From the NCBI GenBank assembly GCA_965200315.1, contig OZ241362.1:448001-512000 (forward strand): DNA of 64,000 nucleotides, read 5' to 3'. Below the pieces are notes generated by a model that was not told the origin of the DNA, did not search any database, and worked only from the letters and a program-made list of their open reading frames with translations. Shown one piece after another: positions 29,416-40,805 of this stretch. Position 1 is the stretch's first letter. Each line of letters starts with the position of its first letter. The position numbers and the translations under genes are program-made. This DNA is from Candidatus Latescibacterota bacterium (GTDB lineage: Bacteria > Latescibacterota > UBA2968 > UBA8231).

Positions 29416-29432
29416 TTGGTTGCAGACAAATT

Positions 29433-29464
29433 AAAAGAGGGGACAGCCAAGCCATCCCCTCTTT
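29433..29464 (-). terminator. Intrinsic terminator
   Basis: AAAGAGGGGA/TCCCCTCTTT stem. Confidence 0.75.
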
Positions 29465-29484
29465 GGTAACATGCCACGCGCCGC

Positions 29485-29640
29485 TTATCGCCTCGCGCTC
29501 CCTTCCTTTTCGTTGCGCCGCGTTCCCTCGGCCTGGGCAGCGTCCAAAACGGCCCGCACCCGCTGGCGAAAATTTTTGATCTGATCGTCTACTTCATCTA
29601 TAGAATTCAGTAGATCCTCCTCAACTGCATCTTCTGGCAT
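29485..29640 (-). CDS. Small (51 aa) helical hypothetical protein
   Basis: CAGGAG RBS, ATG 29640, followed by a terminator. Confidence 0.55.
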   Translation of the reverse strand: MPEDAVEEDLLNSIDEVDDQIKNFRQRVRAVLDAAQAEGTRRNEKEGSARR

Positions 29641-29692
29641 GGCATACTCCTGCGTACTTTTGGGGAGCAGGGGAGCCTGTGGGGGGTCATCT

Positions 29693-30553
29693 TCAAGCGC
29701 GGCTGTAGGAGCGCAGATGATCGCAGCGGCTGGGGTGGCGCAAGCGGTGCAGTGCTTTCTCCTTGATTTGCCGGACTCGCTCGCGCGTAAGCCCAAAACG
29801 CATGCCGATCTGGTCCAAAGTCATAGGCTCTTCCCCGTTCAATCCAAAATAGAGGCGGAGAATCTCGGCCTCGCGTCCGATGAGCCTATTCAGAGCCGAG
29901 TCAATCTGCCCGCGCAGGCAGCCGCGCATCACTTGGTTTTCAGGGGACTCTTGCCGCTCGTCTGGCAACACGTCTAGCAGACTGTGATCTTCTTCGCCGA
30001 GAAAAGCCGCGTCGAGCGACCGCATCGAACGACTGCACATCAAGGTCTCCTTGACCTCTTCAACCGGGACATCAAGCTGCTCGGCGATAGCTTCTGGGTA
30101 GGGATCGTCGGTGCGCTCTTGCTGCAAGATGCGGGATGCTTTGGATATCTTGTAGAGTAAACCGATCTTGTTCAGCGGCAGGCGGACCGTACGCGACTGT
30201 TCAGCCAGCGTCTGTAGGATGGCTTGGCGAATCCACCAAACGGCATAGGAGATGAACTTGAACCCTTTGTCTTCGTCAAAGCGCTCAGCGGCTGTGATCA
30301 ATCCCATGTTCCCAGCACTGACCAAATCTGCGAGGGGGACGCCGCGATTTTGGTATTCCTTTGCCACGCTGACCACAAAGCGCAGATTCGCTTCGACTAA
30401 GCGATTGCGTGCGTCCTCATCCCCTTGCTTGATCTTCCGCGCTAGATTGACCTCATCGGCCGGGGAGAGCGGTTTGGAATGGGCAATTTCAGCCAGATAG
30501 CTCCCGAGGCAATCTTCCAGATCCCAAAATGGAGCTTTAGTCGTACCCGCCAT
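29693..30553 (-). CDS. RNA polymerase sigma-70 factor, RpoD/SigA family, lacking region 1.1
   Basis: ANLRFVVSVAKEY, GFKFISYAVWWIRQ, LTRERVRQIKEKAL. Confidence 0.93.
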   Translation of the reverse strand: MAGTTKAPFWDLEDCLGSYLAEIAHSKPLSPADEVNLARKIKQGDEDARNRLVEANLRFVVSVAKEYQNRGVPLADLVSAGNMGLITAAERFDEDKGFKFISYAVWWIRQAILQTLAEQSRTVRLPLNKIGLLYKISKASRILQQERTDDPYPEAIAEQLDVPVEEVKETLMCSRSMRSLDAAFLGEEDHSLLDVLPDERQESPENQVMRGCLRGQIDSALNRLIGREAEILRLYFGLNGEEPMTLDQIGMRFGLTRERVRQIKEKALHRLRHPSRCDHLRSYSRA

Positions 30554-30626
30554 GGAACCATCCTCTTCGTTATAGAGTGGGGAGGAAAAGGAAAGCTACA
30601 CGTTCTTCAAACTAAAGATTGGGTAT

Positions 30627-30655
30627 AACTTAGCCGGGGGCACAAAACCTGTCAA
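30627..30655 (-). promoter_or_regulatory. Sigma-70-type promoter for the sigma gene
   Basis: TTGACA-17 nt-TAAGTT on the - strand. Confidence 0.6.
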
Positions 30656-30673
30656 GCAATTTCTCCCAAACCC

Positions 30674-31393
30674 CTAAGCCCCCGTAAGTTCGCTTAAAAC
30701 AGACTGTTGCACATCTAGTAGGCGCTTTATGCCCACAGCAGCCAAGTCAAGTAACTCAATGGCCTGCACCCGGGTAAAGGGACGCCCCTCGGCCGTGCCT
30801 TGGACTTCGACTATCCCCTCCGAGCTGGTCATAACGACGTTCATATCGGTTTCGGCGCGGCTATCTTCCTCATAGCACAGATCCAATAGGGGCTGGTTCC
30901 CTACTATCCCAACGCTAACGGCGGCGACCTGATCTACTAGTACAGGGACAGGGCCTTGCAGCGTCTGCAACGCCTCTACTAAAGCTACATAAGCTCCTGT
31001 TATTGAGGCCGTGCGCGTTCCGCCATCCGCTTGTATGACATCGCAATCGACATACAGCGTCCGCTCGCCTATTTGCTTCAAATCCACTACCACTCGCAAC
31101 GACCGACCGATTAGACGCTGAATTTCACGCGCCCGACTATTGGGTTCGCGGGCTACCCGGCGTGTAGAGGAGCCGGGGAGCATGCTATACTCCGCAGTCA
31201 ACCAGCCCTTGCCGGTCCCCACCAGAAAGGGCGGGACCCCATCGACGGACGACACTGTGCAGAGCACCTTTGTATCGCCCATTTCGATCAGGGCCGATCC
31301 AGCCGCCGTTTTCAAGTACCTCGGCGAGATCCGCACCGACCGCAATTGATCGGGCTGGCGGCCATCGCTGCGCTTCCAGCTTGTCTCATTCAT
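30674..31393 (-). CDS. rph: Ribonuclease PH
   Basis: [40 protein letters not shown]. Confidence 0.97.
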   Translation of the reverse strand: MNETSWKRSDGRQPDQLRSVRISPRYLKTAAGSALIEMGDTKVLCTVSSVDGVPPFLVGTGKGWLTAEYSMLPGSSTRRVAREPNSRAREIQRLIGRSLRVVVDLKQIGERTLYVDCDVIQADGGTRTASITGAYVALVEALQTLQGPVPVLVDQVAAVSVGIVGNQPLLDLCYEEDSRAETDMNVVMTSSEGIVEVQGTAEGRPFTRVQAIELLDLAAVGIKRLLDVQQSVLSELTGA

Positions 31394-32213
31394 TGATATG
31401 CATCCGATAATCAGGGCCGTCCATAGGGATGAACTGGCACATCTCCACTAGGCGCGAATAGATGCGGCCTTCGGCGAGCTTCTCAAGTTCGTCGAGGGGC
31501 TGATTGGTGGTAACAACCGTGAATCGCTGATCGCCGTAGCGGGCATCTACGAGATCGTAGAGCATTTCTATTTCCCACTCGGTCCCCCGCTGAATACCGA
31601 AGTCGTCTAGGACGAGGTAGGGCATAGTACACAACTCTTCGAGCATTGACCAAGTGCGGCCATAGCGCTCGCTATCGGCTGAATAGGTATCGCGCAATTT
31701 CTGAAAATACGTGCGCGACAGACTAAGGAAGCGACCCGGCTTGGTCCAGCGCAGCATGAGTTCGTTGAGTGTGATGCAGCCCATCAAGGTCTTGCCCGTG
31801 CCGGGATTTCCTTGGAGGAGATAGCCGCGCTTAGGCTCTTCTGCTGAATCAATCAGATCTTGGTGAATGCGGAGATAGACCGTGGCCGCTAGGTCAATGC
31901 GAGCCCCGTCTGGTGCCGCCATTCGGAAATCATCGACGAACTTCCACTTGTAGCGCTCGGGGATATCGGCTTGGCGAAACAGGCGGTTGGTTTCCGTCAT
32001 TTTGCGGCGATAGGGACGGCAGGGACACCACTGGTGGCGCGAATCGTCGTCCCAGTACTGGTAGGGTGCCGTTCCCCCACAGCGGCACTCAACGCACTGG
32101 CAAAGCCTCAGCGTACCGTAGCGCCCTACCTCGACTATCGGATCGTAGTACAGGCCTCCACCACAGCACTTAGAACAGCGCGTCGCGGCTTGGTTGGACG
32201 CTGGCAAACTCAC
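31386..32213 (-). CDS. DnaC/IstB-like AAA+ ATPase with an N-terminal Cys-rich region
   Basis: CSKC..CQC..CRC..CPC; GNPGTGKT; LVLDD; TTN; RIYSRL. Confidence 0.85.
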   Translation of the reverse strand: MSLPASNQAATRCSKCCGGGLYYDPIVEVGRYGTLRLCQCVECRCGGTAPYQYWDDDSRHQWCPCRPYRRKMTETNRLFRQADIPERYKWKFVDDFRMAAPDGARIDLAATVYLRIHQDLIDSAEEPKRGYLLQGNPGTGKTLMGCITLNELMLRWTKPGRFLSLSRTYFQKLRDTYSADSERYGRTWSMLEELCTMPYLVLDDFGIQRGTEWEIEMLYDLVDARYGDQRFTVVTTNQPLDELEKLAEGRIYSRLVEMCQFIPMDGPDYRMHINE

Positions 32214-32689
32214 TGGTGGCGCTCCTTGAGGGCCCGGGCGACATCGCGGTCAGCTTGGCGTTGAGCCAAAGCCTGACGCTTGTCGAACTGCTTCTTACCG
32301 CGGACCAGCGCCAATTCCACCTTAGCTCTGCCGCGCTTGAAGTAAATTTTCAGCGGCACCAAGGTAAGGCCCTGTTGTTGCGTCCTCCCAGTCAGCCGGC
32401 GGATTTCGCTGCGGTGCAAGAGCAATTTGCGCACGCGCTCTGGATCGTGGTTGAAACTGCTGCCGCACTCGTATTGGGCAATGTGGACATTGTGTAGGAA
32501 AATTTCGCCTCGTTCAATTGTGGCGAAACTGTCCTTGAGGTTAGCGCGCCCAGCGCGCAGTGCCTTGACCTCCGTGCCGCGCAAGACAATGCCACTCTCG
32601 TAGCGGCCCATTATCTCGTAGTCGTGCCGGGCTTTGCGATTTTGCACGGCGATCAACTCGCGCTTGGCACCGCTTTCCATTTTGGCCAT
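32210..32689 (-). CDS. smpB: SsrA-binding protein
   Basis: [35 protein letters not shown]. Confidence 0.97.
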   Translation of the reverse strand: MAKMESGAKRELIAVQNRKARHDYEIMGRYESGIVLRGTEVKALRAGRANLKDSFATIERGEIFLHNVHIAQYECGSSFNHDPERVRKLLLHRSEIRRLTGRTQQQGLTLVPLKIYFKRGRAKVELALVRGKKQFDKRQALAQRQADRDVARALKERHQ

Positions 32690-32719
32690 GACCCGCCTAT
32701 TTCACGAAAGGAAACGAGC

Positions 32720-32748
32720 TTGACGGCTGCAAGCCCTGCGCTTACTAT
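32720..32748 (+). promoter_or_regulatory. Sigma-70 promoter for tRNA-Leu
   Basis: TTGACG-17 nt-TACTAT. Confidence 0.7.
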
Positions 32749-32761
32749 TTGCTGTTCACTT

Positions 32762-32848
32762 GCCGAAGTGGCGAAATTGGTAGACGCGCATGGTTCAGGA
32801 CCATGTGGGGGCAACCCCGTGGAGGTTCGAGTCCTCTCTTCGGCACCA
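32762..32848 (+). tRNA. tRNA-Leu(CAG)
   Basis: GCCGAAG/CTTCGGC acceptor stem, anticodon CAG, long variable arm, GGTTCGAGTCC, CCA end. Confidence 0.97.
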
Positions 32849-32970
32849 CTTTTCGCCTCTATCCCCTAGCCAATTTAATCTACGCGCCTCTTTCCAACCC
32901 GCGCAAGGGACTGCCTACACGCACAGCAATCCCTGCCTTAAATTATCACAACTTGCGAAAGGATGTCCCT

Positions 32971-33348
32971 ATGGCCCGCTTTCTGCACACCCGCATCCGC
33001 GTCGGCGATCTCGAGCGCTCCATTGAGTGGTATTGCACTCACCTTGGCTTTGCAGTACGGAGCCGCTCCGATAAGTCGCCCGCTGGCAATCAGATCGTTC
33101 ATCTCGAACTGCCTGGCAATGAACACACTTTAGAGCTGACTTATTCTGCCGATTACCAGCTCGCCGTCCCCGAAGATCTCATGCACCTCGCAATCGCAGT
33201 TCCCGACTTAATCGGCTTTTGCGACACGTTGGAAAACAACGGGATCGAAATATGGCCTAGCGATTGGCGCGAGATTTTCCCTACCGGCCGCAAGATGGCC
33301 TTTATTGACGATCCCGACGGTTACGAGATCGAGCTACTCGAAGGTTGA
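32971..33348 (+). CDS. VOC/glyoxalase (lactoylglutathione lyase-like) protein
   Basis: FLHTRIRVGDLERSI, LELTY, FIDDPDGYEIEL. Confidence 0.88.
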   Translation: MARFLHTRIRVGDLERSIEWYCTHLGFAVRSRSDKSPAGNQIVHLELPGNEHTLELTYSADYQLAVPEDLMHLAIAVPDLIGFCDTLENNGIEIWPSDWREIFPTGRKMAFIDDPDGYEIELLEG

Positions 33349-34793
33349 TTCAACTGGCTCTTGCCGAGCAAGTACTGCGGCAAGTAGGCGACGATGAAAT
33401 CTCGCGCCGTCCGGCCTCCGACTAAATCGTGGTTGTGCCGCATCCGCCAAATCTCAAAGGCGGCCAATAATTCTTCTTCTGGCAGGTCGATCCCCGCCCG
33501 ACGCGCATAGGACAGTACCATAGAGTGATATTGCTGCCTGCTAGGCAGGTCGAGAAATACCTTGAGGGCAAAACGGTCGTCAAGTGCCCGCTCCTGATCG
33601 AGGCGTTGCAATTGTTGGGGATCGTAGAATTCGGCTTGAATGCCTTGGTTGACTAGGTTGGGGCGCTCGTCGTCTAGCTGCATCTGGCCGAGCCCTTGCG
33701 GACGCTCGCCCTCCCGATCGACTAGGTCCTTATAGTTGGATGTTGCATAGAAGACCAAGTTGTCCGGGCACACTTCTAACCCCCCGTCGAGCACGCGCGA
33801 CAGTAGGTGCAAACCGTTATCGCCCCGGCTCAAGGACACATTGTCCAGTACGCCCACAAAGTGCTGGCGACGCCCCCGGACGAGGGCAAAAAGATCGGGT
33901 AACAGATGGTAACAAGTCGGGTCAATCTCGATGGCGCGCAGACCGCGATCAAAGAATTGCCCTATCAAGGCCCGTATCAGCGTCGATTTGCCGCCGCCGC
34001 GCGGTCCCCAGATTAGCGCGTTGTGCGCCCGATAACCGGCGAGAAAATGGCGCGTGTTTTCCTCTAGTACGTGGATCCTCGCTCCGTTGCCCTCCAGCCA
34101 GCCGAGGGGAAATTCCGCGAAATGGCGGATAGGTTCCAAGATGGGCTTAGCCCCCCTGTTGACTAGGCGAAAGGCCGGGAATCGACGCAGCGCACCCCGC
34201 CCGTGCTCGTGGATCAGGCATCCGAGCGCTCCTGCTAACCCAGCCCAATCCTCGCTGCGGGCAAAACGCTCTTTCAGTTGGGCGACGACTGCGGGTTCCA
34301 CCCCATCTCCGGGCATGGGAGCCAAAGGCTCCGCATCGCTGCCGACCAGCCGCAGCCATATTCCCCAGCGGGGACGAGCCAAGACCGCGGCACTTTGCAA
34401 ATCGCGGCACACAACCTGATGCAGCGCGACGGGAACATCTACTGGAGATTGCTTTTCGCAAGCGAGCAAAAACGGATGTCGGCCATCGATAAGCCGGTTG
34501 AGCAACAGTCCTTGTAAATCCGGCGCACCACCACCCCAATCGCCGTTAAGTGCCGCCGCGAGAAGTGCATCTGAACAACGCTGGTGTTGTACGAGCAATT
34601 CGTCCGCTGCGCACTGTGCCTGTTTACCGGCCACTAGTCTGTCGGCGCACGTATGTGCACAGCGCAGCAAGGAACGCAACGGTTCCACCTCGGCAGGTTT
34701 GAGCAGCCGACTAAAGGAGGAGAACCGATCCAAAGCCGTGAGCATGGCCTCGACTTGGCCGGCGATTTGCAGCGTCTCTTCGCGCTTTGTCAT
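33321..34793 (-). CDS. DUF815-family P-loop ATPase
   Basis: NTRHFLAG..AHNALIWGPRGGGKST, LDGGLE..PDNLVFYATSN. Confidence 0.8.
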   Translation of the reverse strand: MTKREETLQIAGQVEAMLTALDRFSSFSRLLKPAEVEPLRSLLRCAHTCADRLVAGKQAQCAADELLVQHQRCSDALLAAALNGDWGGGAPDLQGLLLNRLIDGRHPFLLACEKQSPVDVPVALHQVVCRDLQSAAVLARPRWGIWLRLVGSDAEPLAPMPGDGVEPAVVAQLKERFARSEDWAGLAGALGCLIHEHGRGALRRFPAFRLVNRGAKPILEPIRHFAEFPLGWLEGNGARIHVLEENTRHFLAGYRAHNALIWGPRGGGKSTLIRALIGQFFDRGLRAIEIDPTCYHLLPDLFALVRGRRQHFVGVLDNVSLSRGDNGLHLLSRVLDGGLEVCPDNLVFYATSNYKDLVDREGERPQGLGQMQLDDERPNLVNQGIQAEFYDPQQLQRLDQERALDDRFALKVFLDLPSRQQYHSMVLSYARRAGIDLPEEELLAAFEIWRMRHNHDLVGGRTARDFIVAYLPQYLLGKSQLNQPSSSSIS

Positions 34794-34958
34794 CTAAATG
34801 CAAAATTCGCTGATAGATGGGTTTCTAACATTCTCATCGCCCTAATCGCCGGATTAACTGCGTAGATTCCCCTCGGGCCTTCGCATTTGTACGCGCTCTT
34901 AAGCCTATACTACACGCCCGCAACTGTCTGGAAGACGGCCGTTTTCGAGGAAAGGAAC

Positions 34959-35032
34959 TACCCCCGGGCGGATTCGAACCGCCGACCCACAGATTAGGAA
35001 TCTGTTGCTCTATCCTGCTGAGCTACGGGGGC
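34959..35032 (-). tRNA. tRNA-Arg(CCT), CCA not encoded
   Basis: GCCCCCGTAGCTCAGCAGGATAGAGC..anticodon CCT..GGTTCGAATCC on the - strand. Confidence 0.95.
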
Positions 35033-35221
35033 TATAGGAGGGACGTTATTCATATTATACTGCGCGAGACCCAAAGTCAAATGCCCGAGTTTTTTATCGC
35101 ATCTGTTGACACCAAATTAAACTGGCCTAATTTACAAGATTGTTTTGGCCAGAAAAATTAAGGCCAGCTTTATACAATACACTACACTTTATACAAACAA
35201 CCTCAGCTAAACGCAGAAAAT

Positions 35222-35878
35222 ATGCCTCAAGTATTCCCGCGCAGTGCCAACTGGGCTTCCAAGGCCAGCATTCTCGTCGGCCTCGTCCTAGTCGGAAGTA
35301 TCCTCGGCATCCTCCTCAACATCAATCGCATTTACTTCGTCAATCAAGTCAACGTGCCCATCGATCAGCCCGTTCCCTTCAGCCACAAACATCACGTCAC
35401 CGGCATGGGCATCGACTGCCGCTATTGCCACACCACCGTCGAGGAGAGTGCCTTCGCTGGCATTCCCCCGACCGAAACCTGCATGACCTGCCACTCGCAG
35501 ATCTGGACCGAAGCACCCATCCTCGAACCCGTGCGTGCCAGTTTTCGCGACAATGTGCCCATCGAATGGAATCGCGTCCACGACCTGCCCGACTTTGCCT
35601 ATTTCAATCACAGCATCCACGTCAACCAAGGCATCGGCTGCCAGTCGTGCCACGGCCAAGTCGATCAAATGCCCCTGATGTGGAAAGCCGAATCGCTGAA
35701 TATGGAGTGGTGCCTCGACTGCCACCGCGATCCCGCCCAGTACATCCGCCCGCGCGACCAAGTATTTAATATGAATTATCAGTACCCAGCCGACCAAGAA
35801 AGCTTGGGCACGCAACTCGTCGCCGAATACGGCGTGCAGACCAGCCAACTCACCAACTGCTCTATCTGCCACCGCTAA
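35222..35878 (+). CDS. actA: Alternative complex III pentaheme cytochrome c subunit
   Basis: One TM helix and five CxxCH motifs; QPVPFSHKHH. Confidence 0.93.
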   Translation: MPQVFPRSANWASKASILVGLVLVGSILGILLNINRIYFVNQVNVPIDQPVPFSHKHHVTGMGIDCRYCHTTVEESAFAGIPPTETCMTCHSQIWTEAPILEPVRASFRDNVPIEWNRVHDLPDFAYFNHSIHVNQGIGCQSCHGQVDQMPLMWKAESLNMEWCLDCHRDPAQYIRPRDQVFNMNYQYPADQESLGTQLVAEYGVQTSQLTNCSICHR

Positions 35879-35880
35879 AC

Positions 35881-38871
35881 ATGGAAACCAGAAAAAACAT
35901 CGATCTCTCGGCCATCCGCTCCCGTCTCGAAGCCACCCAAGGTCAAGAGTACTGGCGCAGCTTGGACCAATTGGCTCAGACCGAAGAATTCGCCGCCATG
36001 GTCCAGCGCGAGTTTCCCGAACAAGCTGCCGAGTTGAAGGATCCGGTAAGTCGGCGGAATTTTCTCAAGCTCATGAGTGCATCGCTGGCACTAGGCGGGC
36101 TTTCGGGCTGCACGATTCAGCCCAGCGAAAAAATTGTCCCCCAAGTCCGGGCTCCCGAAAACGTCATCCCCGGTAAACCTCAGTACTTTGCCTCCGCCGC
36201 CTCGCTCGGTGGTATTGGCATGGGCATCCTAGTCGAGAGCCACATGGGACGGCCAACCAAAATCGAGGGCAATCCCGAGCATCCCTCCGGCAGCCGCGGC
36301 TCGAATGCGCTCGTCCAAGCTTCGATTCTCGACCTCTACGATCCCGACCGGTCACAAACGGTCAAAAACGCCGGTCACATCAGCACTTGGAGCATCTTCC
36401 TAGCCGATCTGACACAGCGTCTGACCTCGCACGAGGCCAACGGCGGGGCTGGCCTGCACATCCTGACTCAGACGGTGACTTCTCCAACCCTCGGGCACCA
36501 GTTGCAGGCCCTGCGGGATAAATTTCCTCAAGCCCAGTGGCACCAGTACGAACCCGTCAATCGCGACAACGTCCGTGCCGGGGCCCAAATGGCGTTTGGC
36601 GAGCCGGTTTATACGTCTTACGACATAGCCAAAGCCAAGGTCATTCTATCGCTGGACGCGGACTTTACCTACAGCGGCGCTGGCAATGTCCGCCACGCTC
36701 GGGATTTCGCGGCCGGTCGCAGGATACGCAACGGTTCCAAGGCCAGCAATCGGCTCTATGCAGTCGAAAGCAGCCCAACGGCCACGGGCAGCATAGCCGA
36801 TCATCGTTTGGCCCTAGGCACGGCGCACATTGAAGCCTTAGCCCTAAAGGTTGCCCAAGGGCTTGGCATCGGCTGGGAGGGGCCGAGCGTTTCCGCCGAC
36901 TTCTCCGCCCACGACGCCTGGATTGCAGTCCTAGTCGACGACCTAAAGTCCAATCCCGGCCAAAGCCTCGTGCTCGCTGGAGACCAGCAAGCCCCAGCCG
37001 TACACGCTTTGGCCCACGCGATCAACCACGCCCTAGGCAATGCGGGCACAACCGTCCACTACACCGAACCCCTCGAAGTCGAGTCGGTTGACCAACGCGA
37101 GTCGCTAGCCGCTTTAGTCGCCGACATGAACGCCGGTCAAGTCGAGTCCCTGTTCATCCTCGGCGGCAATCCGGTGTACGACGCGCCCGTGGATCTCGAC
37201 TTTGCCGCGGCGCTCGCCAAGGTCGGTTACCGAGTCCATCTCGGCTTATACGACAACGAAACGTCCGAACTCTGCCATTGGCACATCCCGGAATCTCACT
37301 TCCTTGAAGCGTGGAGCGACACCCGCGCTCACGACGGCCTCGCCGCGATCGTCCAGCCGCTAATTCGCCCGCTCTACAAGAGCCAATCAGCCCACGACCT
37401 CTTGGCGGTGCTCACCGGCCAACCCGGGGTCCCCGATCTCGACATCGTGCGCCAGTACTGGGAAAGCCAAGGCCTAGATGCGATTGCTTGGCGCCGCGCC
37501 CTGCACGATGGCTTCGTCGAGGGCACGCGCCCCAAAGCCCAATCCGTGGAGCTAGGCACTTTGCAGTTGCCGGCAACGACTGGGAACCTTCCCGAGGAAG
37601 AGGATCTCGAAATCCACTTTCGGCCCGATCCCATGGTGTGGGATGGTCGCTTTGCCAACAACGCTTGGCTACAGGAAACCCCGAAACCTATCACGAAGCT
37701 CACGTGGGACAACGCCGCCCTCGTCAGTCCAGCCACGGCCGAGCGCCTGCGACTCAAGAACGAATTCCTCGCCGAGCTGCGCTTTGACGGGCGCACAATC
37801 AATGCCGCGGTTTGGACCGTACCCGGCCAAGCCGACGGCGTCGTCACCCTGCACTTAGGTTACGGCCAGCAGCGCAGTGGCCGCGTCGGGCGCGACAAGG
37901 GCTTCAATGCCTATGCCCTGCGGCCGACGGAGGCCTTGTGGAGCGGCACCGGCTTGCAGGTCAACGGTTCGTACGACAATTATCGTCTCGCCTGCACCCA
38001 AGATCACCACTTCATGGAAGACCGCAATCTCTTACGCCAAGCCTCCCTAGACTACTACCAAACGCATCCGCACTTTGCCCATGAAGGTGCCCACGATCCG
38101 CCCGATGACTTGACGCTGCACAACCGCACGGATCACCAGTACACGGGCTACGCTTGGGGCATGGTGATCGATCTAGGGGCCTGCATCGGCTGCAATGCGT
38201 GTGCAACGGCCTGCCAAGCCGAAAACAACATCCCTATCGTCGGCAAAGACGAAGTCCTCAACGGCCGCGAAATGTCTTGGATCCGCGTCGATCGCTACTA
38301 CAAATCCACCCGCGGCACACTCGACAACCCCCAGATCGTGCACCAACCCGTACCTTGCATGCAGTGCGAAAACGCTCCTTGCGAGTTGGTCTGTCCAGTC
38401 GCAGCGACGACGCACAGCGACGAAGGGCTAAACGATATGACCTACAATCGCTGCGTCGGCACCCGCTACTGCGCCAACAACTGCCCCTACAAGGTCCGGC
38501 GCTTCAACTTCCTCCAATACGCCGACCGCGATACCGAGAGCTTAAAATTGCAGCGCAACCCGGATGTCACCACGCGCTCGCGCGGCGTAATGGAAAAATG
38601 CACGTACTGCGTCCAGCGCATCAACCACGCGCGCATTGAGGCCAAAAAAGCTAGTCGCAGCATAGGCGATGGTGAAATCGTCACCGCCTGCGAGCAGGCC
38701 TGTCCCACCGAAGCCATTGTCTTCGGCGATATCAACGACCCCGATAGTCAGGTCTCCGCCCTCAAGGCATCACCGCTCAACTACGGCATCCTCACCGAGT
38801 TGAACACGCGCCCCCGCACTACGTATTTGGCAAGCATCAAAAACCCCAATCCAAAAATTGCCGAGGCTTAG
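35881..38871 (+). CDS. actB: Alternative complex III subunit B (molybdopterin-like + Fe-S fusion)
   Basis: Tat motif SRRNFLK; [30 protein letters not shown]. Confidence 0.95.
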   Translation: METRKNIDLSAIRSRLEATQGQEYWRSLDQLAQTEEFAAMVQREFPEQAAELKDPVSRRNFLKLMSASLALGGLSGCTIQPSEKIVPQVRAPENVIPGKPQYFASAASLGGIGMGILVESHMGRPTKIEGNPEHPSGSRGSNALVQASILDLYDPDRSQTVKNAGHISTWSIFLADLTQRLTSHEANGGAGLHILTQTVTSPTLGHQLQALRDKFPQAQWHQYEPVNRDNVRAGAQMAFGEPVYTSYDIAKAKVILSLDADFTYSGAGNVRHARDFAAGRRIRNGSKASNRLYAVESSPTATGSIADHRLALGTAHIEALALKVAQGLGIGWEGPSVSADFSAHDAWIAVLVDDLKSNPGQSLVLAGDQQAPAVHALAHAINHALGNAGTTVHYTEPLEVESVDQRESLAALVADMNAGQVESLFILGGNPVYDAPVDLDFAAALAKVGYRVHLGLYDNETSELCHWHIPESHFLEAWSDTRAHDGLAAIVQPLIRPLYKSQSAHDLLAVLTGQPGVPDLDIVRQYWESQGLDAIAWRRALHDGFVEGTRPKAQSVELGTLQLPATTGNLPEEEDLEIHFRPDPMVWDGRFANNAWLQETPKPITKLTWDNAALVSPATAERLRLKNEFLAELRFDGRTINAAVWTVPGQADGVVTLHLGYGQQRSGRVGRDKGFNAYALRPTEALWSGTGLQVNGSYDNYRLACTQDHHFMEDRNLLRQASLDYYQTHPHFAHEGAHDPPDDLTLHNRTDHQYTGYAWGMVIDLGACIGCNACATACQAENNIPIVGKDEVLNGREMSWIRVDRYYKSTRGTLDNPQIVHQPVPCMQCENAPCELVCPVAATTHSDEGLNDMTYNRCVGTRYCANNCPYKVRRFNFLQYADRDTESLKLQRNPDVTTRSRGVMEKCTYCVQRINHARIEAKKASRSIGDGEIVTACEQACPTEAIVFGDINDPDSQVSALKASPLNYGILTELNTRPRTTYLASIKNPNPKIAEA

Positions 38872-38872
38872 C

Positions 38873-40246
38873 ATGTCCGAAACTGCGAAAACGCCTTATC
38901 GCCCCCCAGTATCGGAACTCGGCCCGAGCCAGACCTCGTACACCTCAATCACCGATAAGATCAGTGGGATCGTCCTCACCAAAAACACCCCGCTGGCGTG
39001 GTTCCTCTGCTTTGCTTTGGGCTTTCTCTTGCTGCACGGGCTCATGATAGGCGTTCCTTACCTGCTCTTTGAAGGCGTGGGCATCTGGGGCATCAACAAC
39101 CCCATAGGCTGGGGTTGGGCCATTATCAATTTTGTCTGGTGGATCGGTATCGGCCACGCCGGCACCCTGATCTCGGCGATTCTACTGCTTTTCCGGCAGC
39201 GGTGGCGCACCTCGATCAACCGCGCGGCCGAGGCCATGACCATCTTTGCCGTACTCTGCGCCGCGCAGTTTCCGCTCTTCCACACCGGGCGGCCTTGGCT
39301 GGCCTGCTACTGGCTGTTGCCCTATCCCAACTCCATGGACATCTGGCCGCAGTTCCGCAGCCCGCTGATCTGGGACGTCTTCGCGGTCTCGACATATTTA
39401 ACAGTGTCGCTGGTTTTTTGGTTCGTCGGCTTGGTCCCAGACTTAGCCAGCCTGCGCGACCGCGCCAAAAACCGCATCGCCCAAGTCATCTACGGCGTGC
39501 TGGCACTCGGTTGGCGCGGCTCGGCCATTCACTGGGAGCGCTACGAAATGGCGTCCCTCCTGCTGGCTGGCCTCTCCACGCCCCTAGTGCTTTCTGTACA
39601 CAGCGTCGTCAGTTTCGACTTTGCCGTAGGGCTTATACCCGGATGGCACACGACCATATTCCCCCCCTATTTCGTCGCCGGAGCGATCTACGCGGGCTTT
39701 GCCATGGTGCTGACCTTGATGATCCCCATGCGCCTCATCTATGGCTTGGACGACTTTATAACCGAGCGCCATCTAAACAACATGGCCAAAGTCATGTTGG
39801 CTTCCGGGTTGATTGTGGGATATGGCTATTTCATGGAGCAACTCATCGCTTGGTACAGCGCCAGCGTCTTTGAAGGCTATATGATGCATAACCGCATGCA
39901 CGGCCCGTACGGCCCCTACTACTGGGCCTTGATCCTCTGCAACATAGCCGTGCCGCAGCTTCTGTGGTTTAGACACTTCCGCACGAGCATGTTCTGGCTA
40001 TTTTTTATTTCCCAGTTCATCAACGTCGGCATGTGGCTGGAGCGCTTTGTCATCGTCGTCACGAGCCTACACCGAGATTTTATGCCCTCTTCTTGGGACA
40101 TGTTCCACCCGACGATCTGGGACATCGCCATCTACGTGGGGACCATCGGCCTGTTCATCGTCCTATTTTTCTTGTTCATCCGCGGCCTACCGATGATTTC
40201 CATCCACGAGATCCGCAATCTGCTGGTCTCCGGAGACCACAAGTGA
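38873..40246 (+). CDS. actC: Alternative complex III subunit C (NrfD family)
   Basis: [32 protein letters not shown]. Confidence 0.95.
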   Translation: MSETAKTPYRPPVSELGPSQTSYTSITDKISGIVLTKNTPLAWFLCFALGFLLLHGLMIGVPYLLFEGVGIWGINNPIGWGWAIINFVWWIGIGHAGTLISAILLLFRQRWRTSINRAAEAMTIFAVLCAAQFPLFHTGRPWLACYWLLPYPNSMDIWPQFRSPLIWDVFAVSTYLTVSLVFWFVGLVPDLASLRDRAKNRIAQVIYGVLALGWRGSAIHWERYEMASLLLAGLSTPLVLSVHSVVSFDFAVGLIPGWHTTIFPPYFVAGAIYAGFAMVLTLMIPMRLIYGLDDFITERHLNNMAKVMLASGLIVGYGYFMEQLIAWYSASVFEGYMMHNRMHGPYGPYYWALILCNIAVPQLLWFRHFRTSMFWLFFISQFINVGMWLERFVIVVTSLHRDFMPSSWDMFHPTIWDIAIYVGTIGLFIVLFFLFIRGLPMISIHEIRNLLVSGDHK

Positions 40247-40258
40247 GCCATTGAACTT

Positions 40259-40804
40259 ATGCAGCAGCACGAAGAATCAACGCAATACGGCCTGCTGGCC
40301 GAATTTGAATCCCCTGACGACTTACTCGTCGCGGCCAAAGCGACCTTTGCCGCTGGCTATCGCAAGATCGACGCCTATTCACCTATGCCCATCCACGGCT
40401 TGGGCGAGGCCATCGGCTTTCCGCGCACTAGATTGCCTTGGCTGGTTTTCGCCTTTGGCCTACTCGGTGCCATCACGGGCTATTCCCTGTGCTACTGGGT
40501 TTCGGTCATCGACTATCCGCTCAATATAGCCGGCAAGCCCTTGCACAGCGGGCCGATGTTCATCCCGGTGACCTTTGAGTTGACCATCCTCTTTGCCGCG
40601 CTCAGTTCGGCCTTTGGCATGTTCATCGCCAACGGTTTGCCCCAGCCTTATCACCCGGTTTTCAACGCGCCCAATTTCGCCCGCGCCAGCCAAGATCGCT
40701 TCTTTCTCAGCATCGAGGCCGAAGATCCTCAGTTCGACCGCGAAAAAACCGAGGATTTCCTGCGCGGCCTGAATCCTCATGAGGTTGTCGAAGTTGAAAA
40801 GTGA
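40259..40804 (+). CDS. actD: Alternative complex III subunit D (DUF3341)
   Basis: DAYSPMPIHGL, FIPVTFELTILFAA. Confidence 0.92.
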   Translation: MQQHEESTQYGLLAEFESPDDLLVAAKATFAAGYRKIDAYSPMPIHGLGEAIGFPRTRLPWLVFAFGLLGAITGYSLCYWVSVIDYPLNIAGKPLHSGPMFIPVTFELTILFAALSSAFGMFIANGLPQPYHPVFNAPNFARASQDRFFLSIEAEDPQFDREKTEDFLRGLNPHEVVEVEK

Positions 40805-40805
40805 A

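Noticed and set aside
31386-32213. IS21 element
   Set aside because: No IstA transposase or terminal repeats; the gene overlaps housekeeping neighbours.
32690-32970. tmRNA next to smpB
   Set aside because: The RNA here is a standard 87-nt tRNA-Leu.
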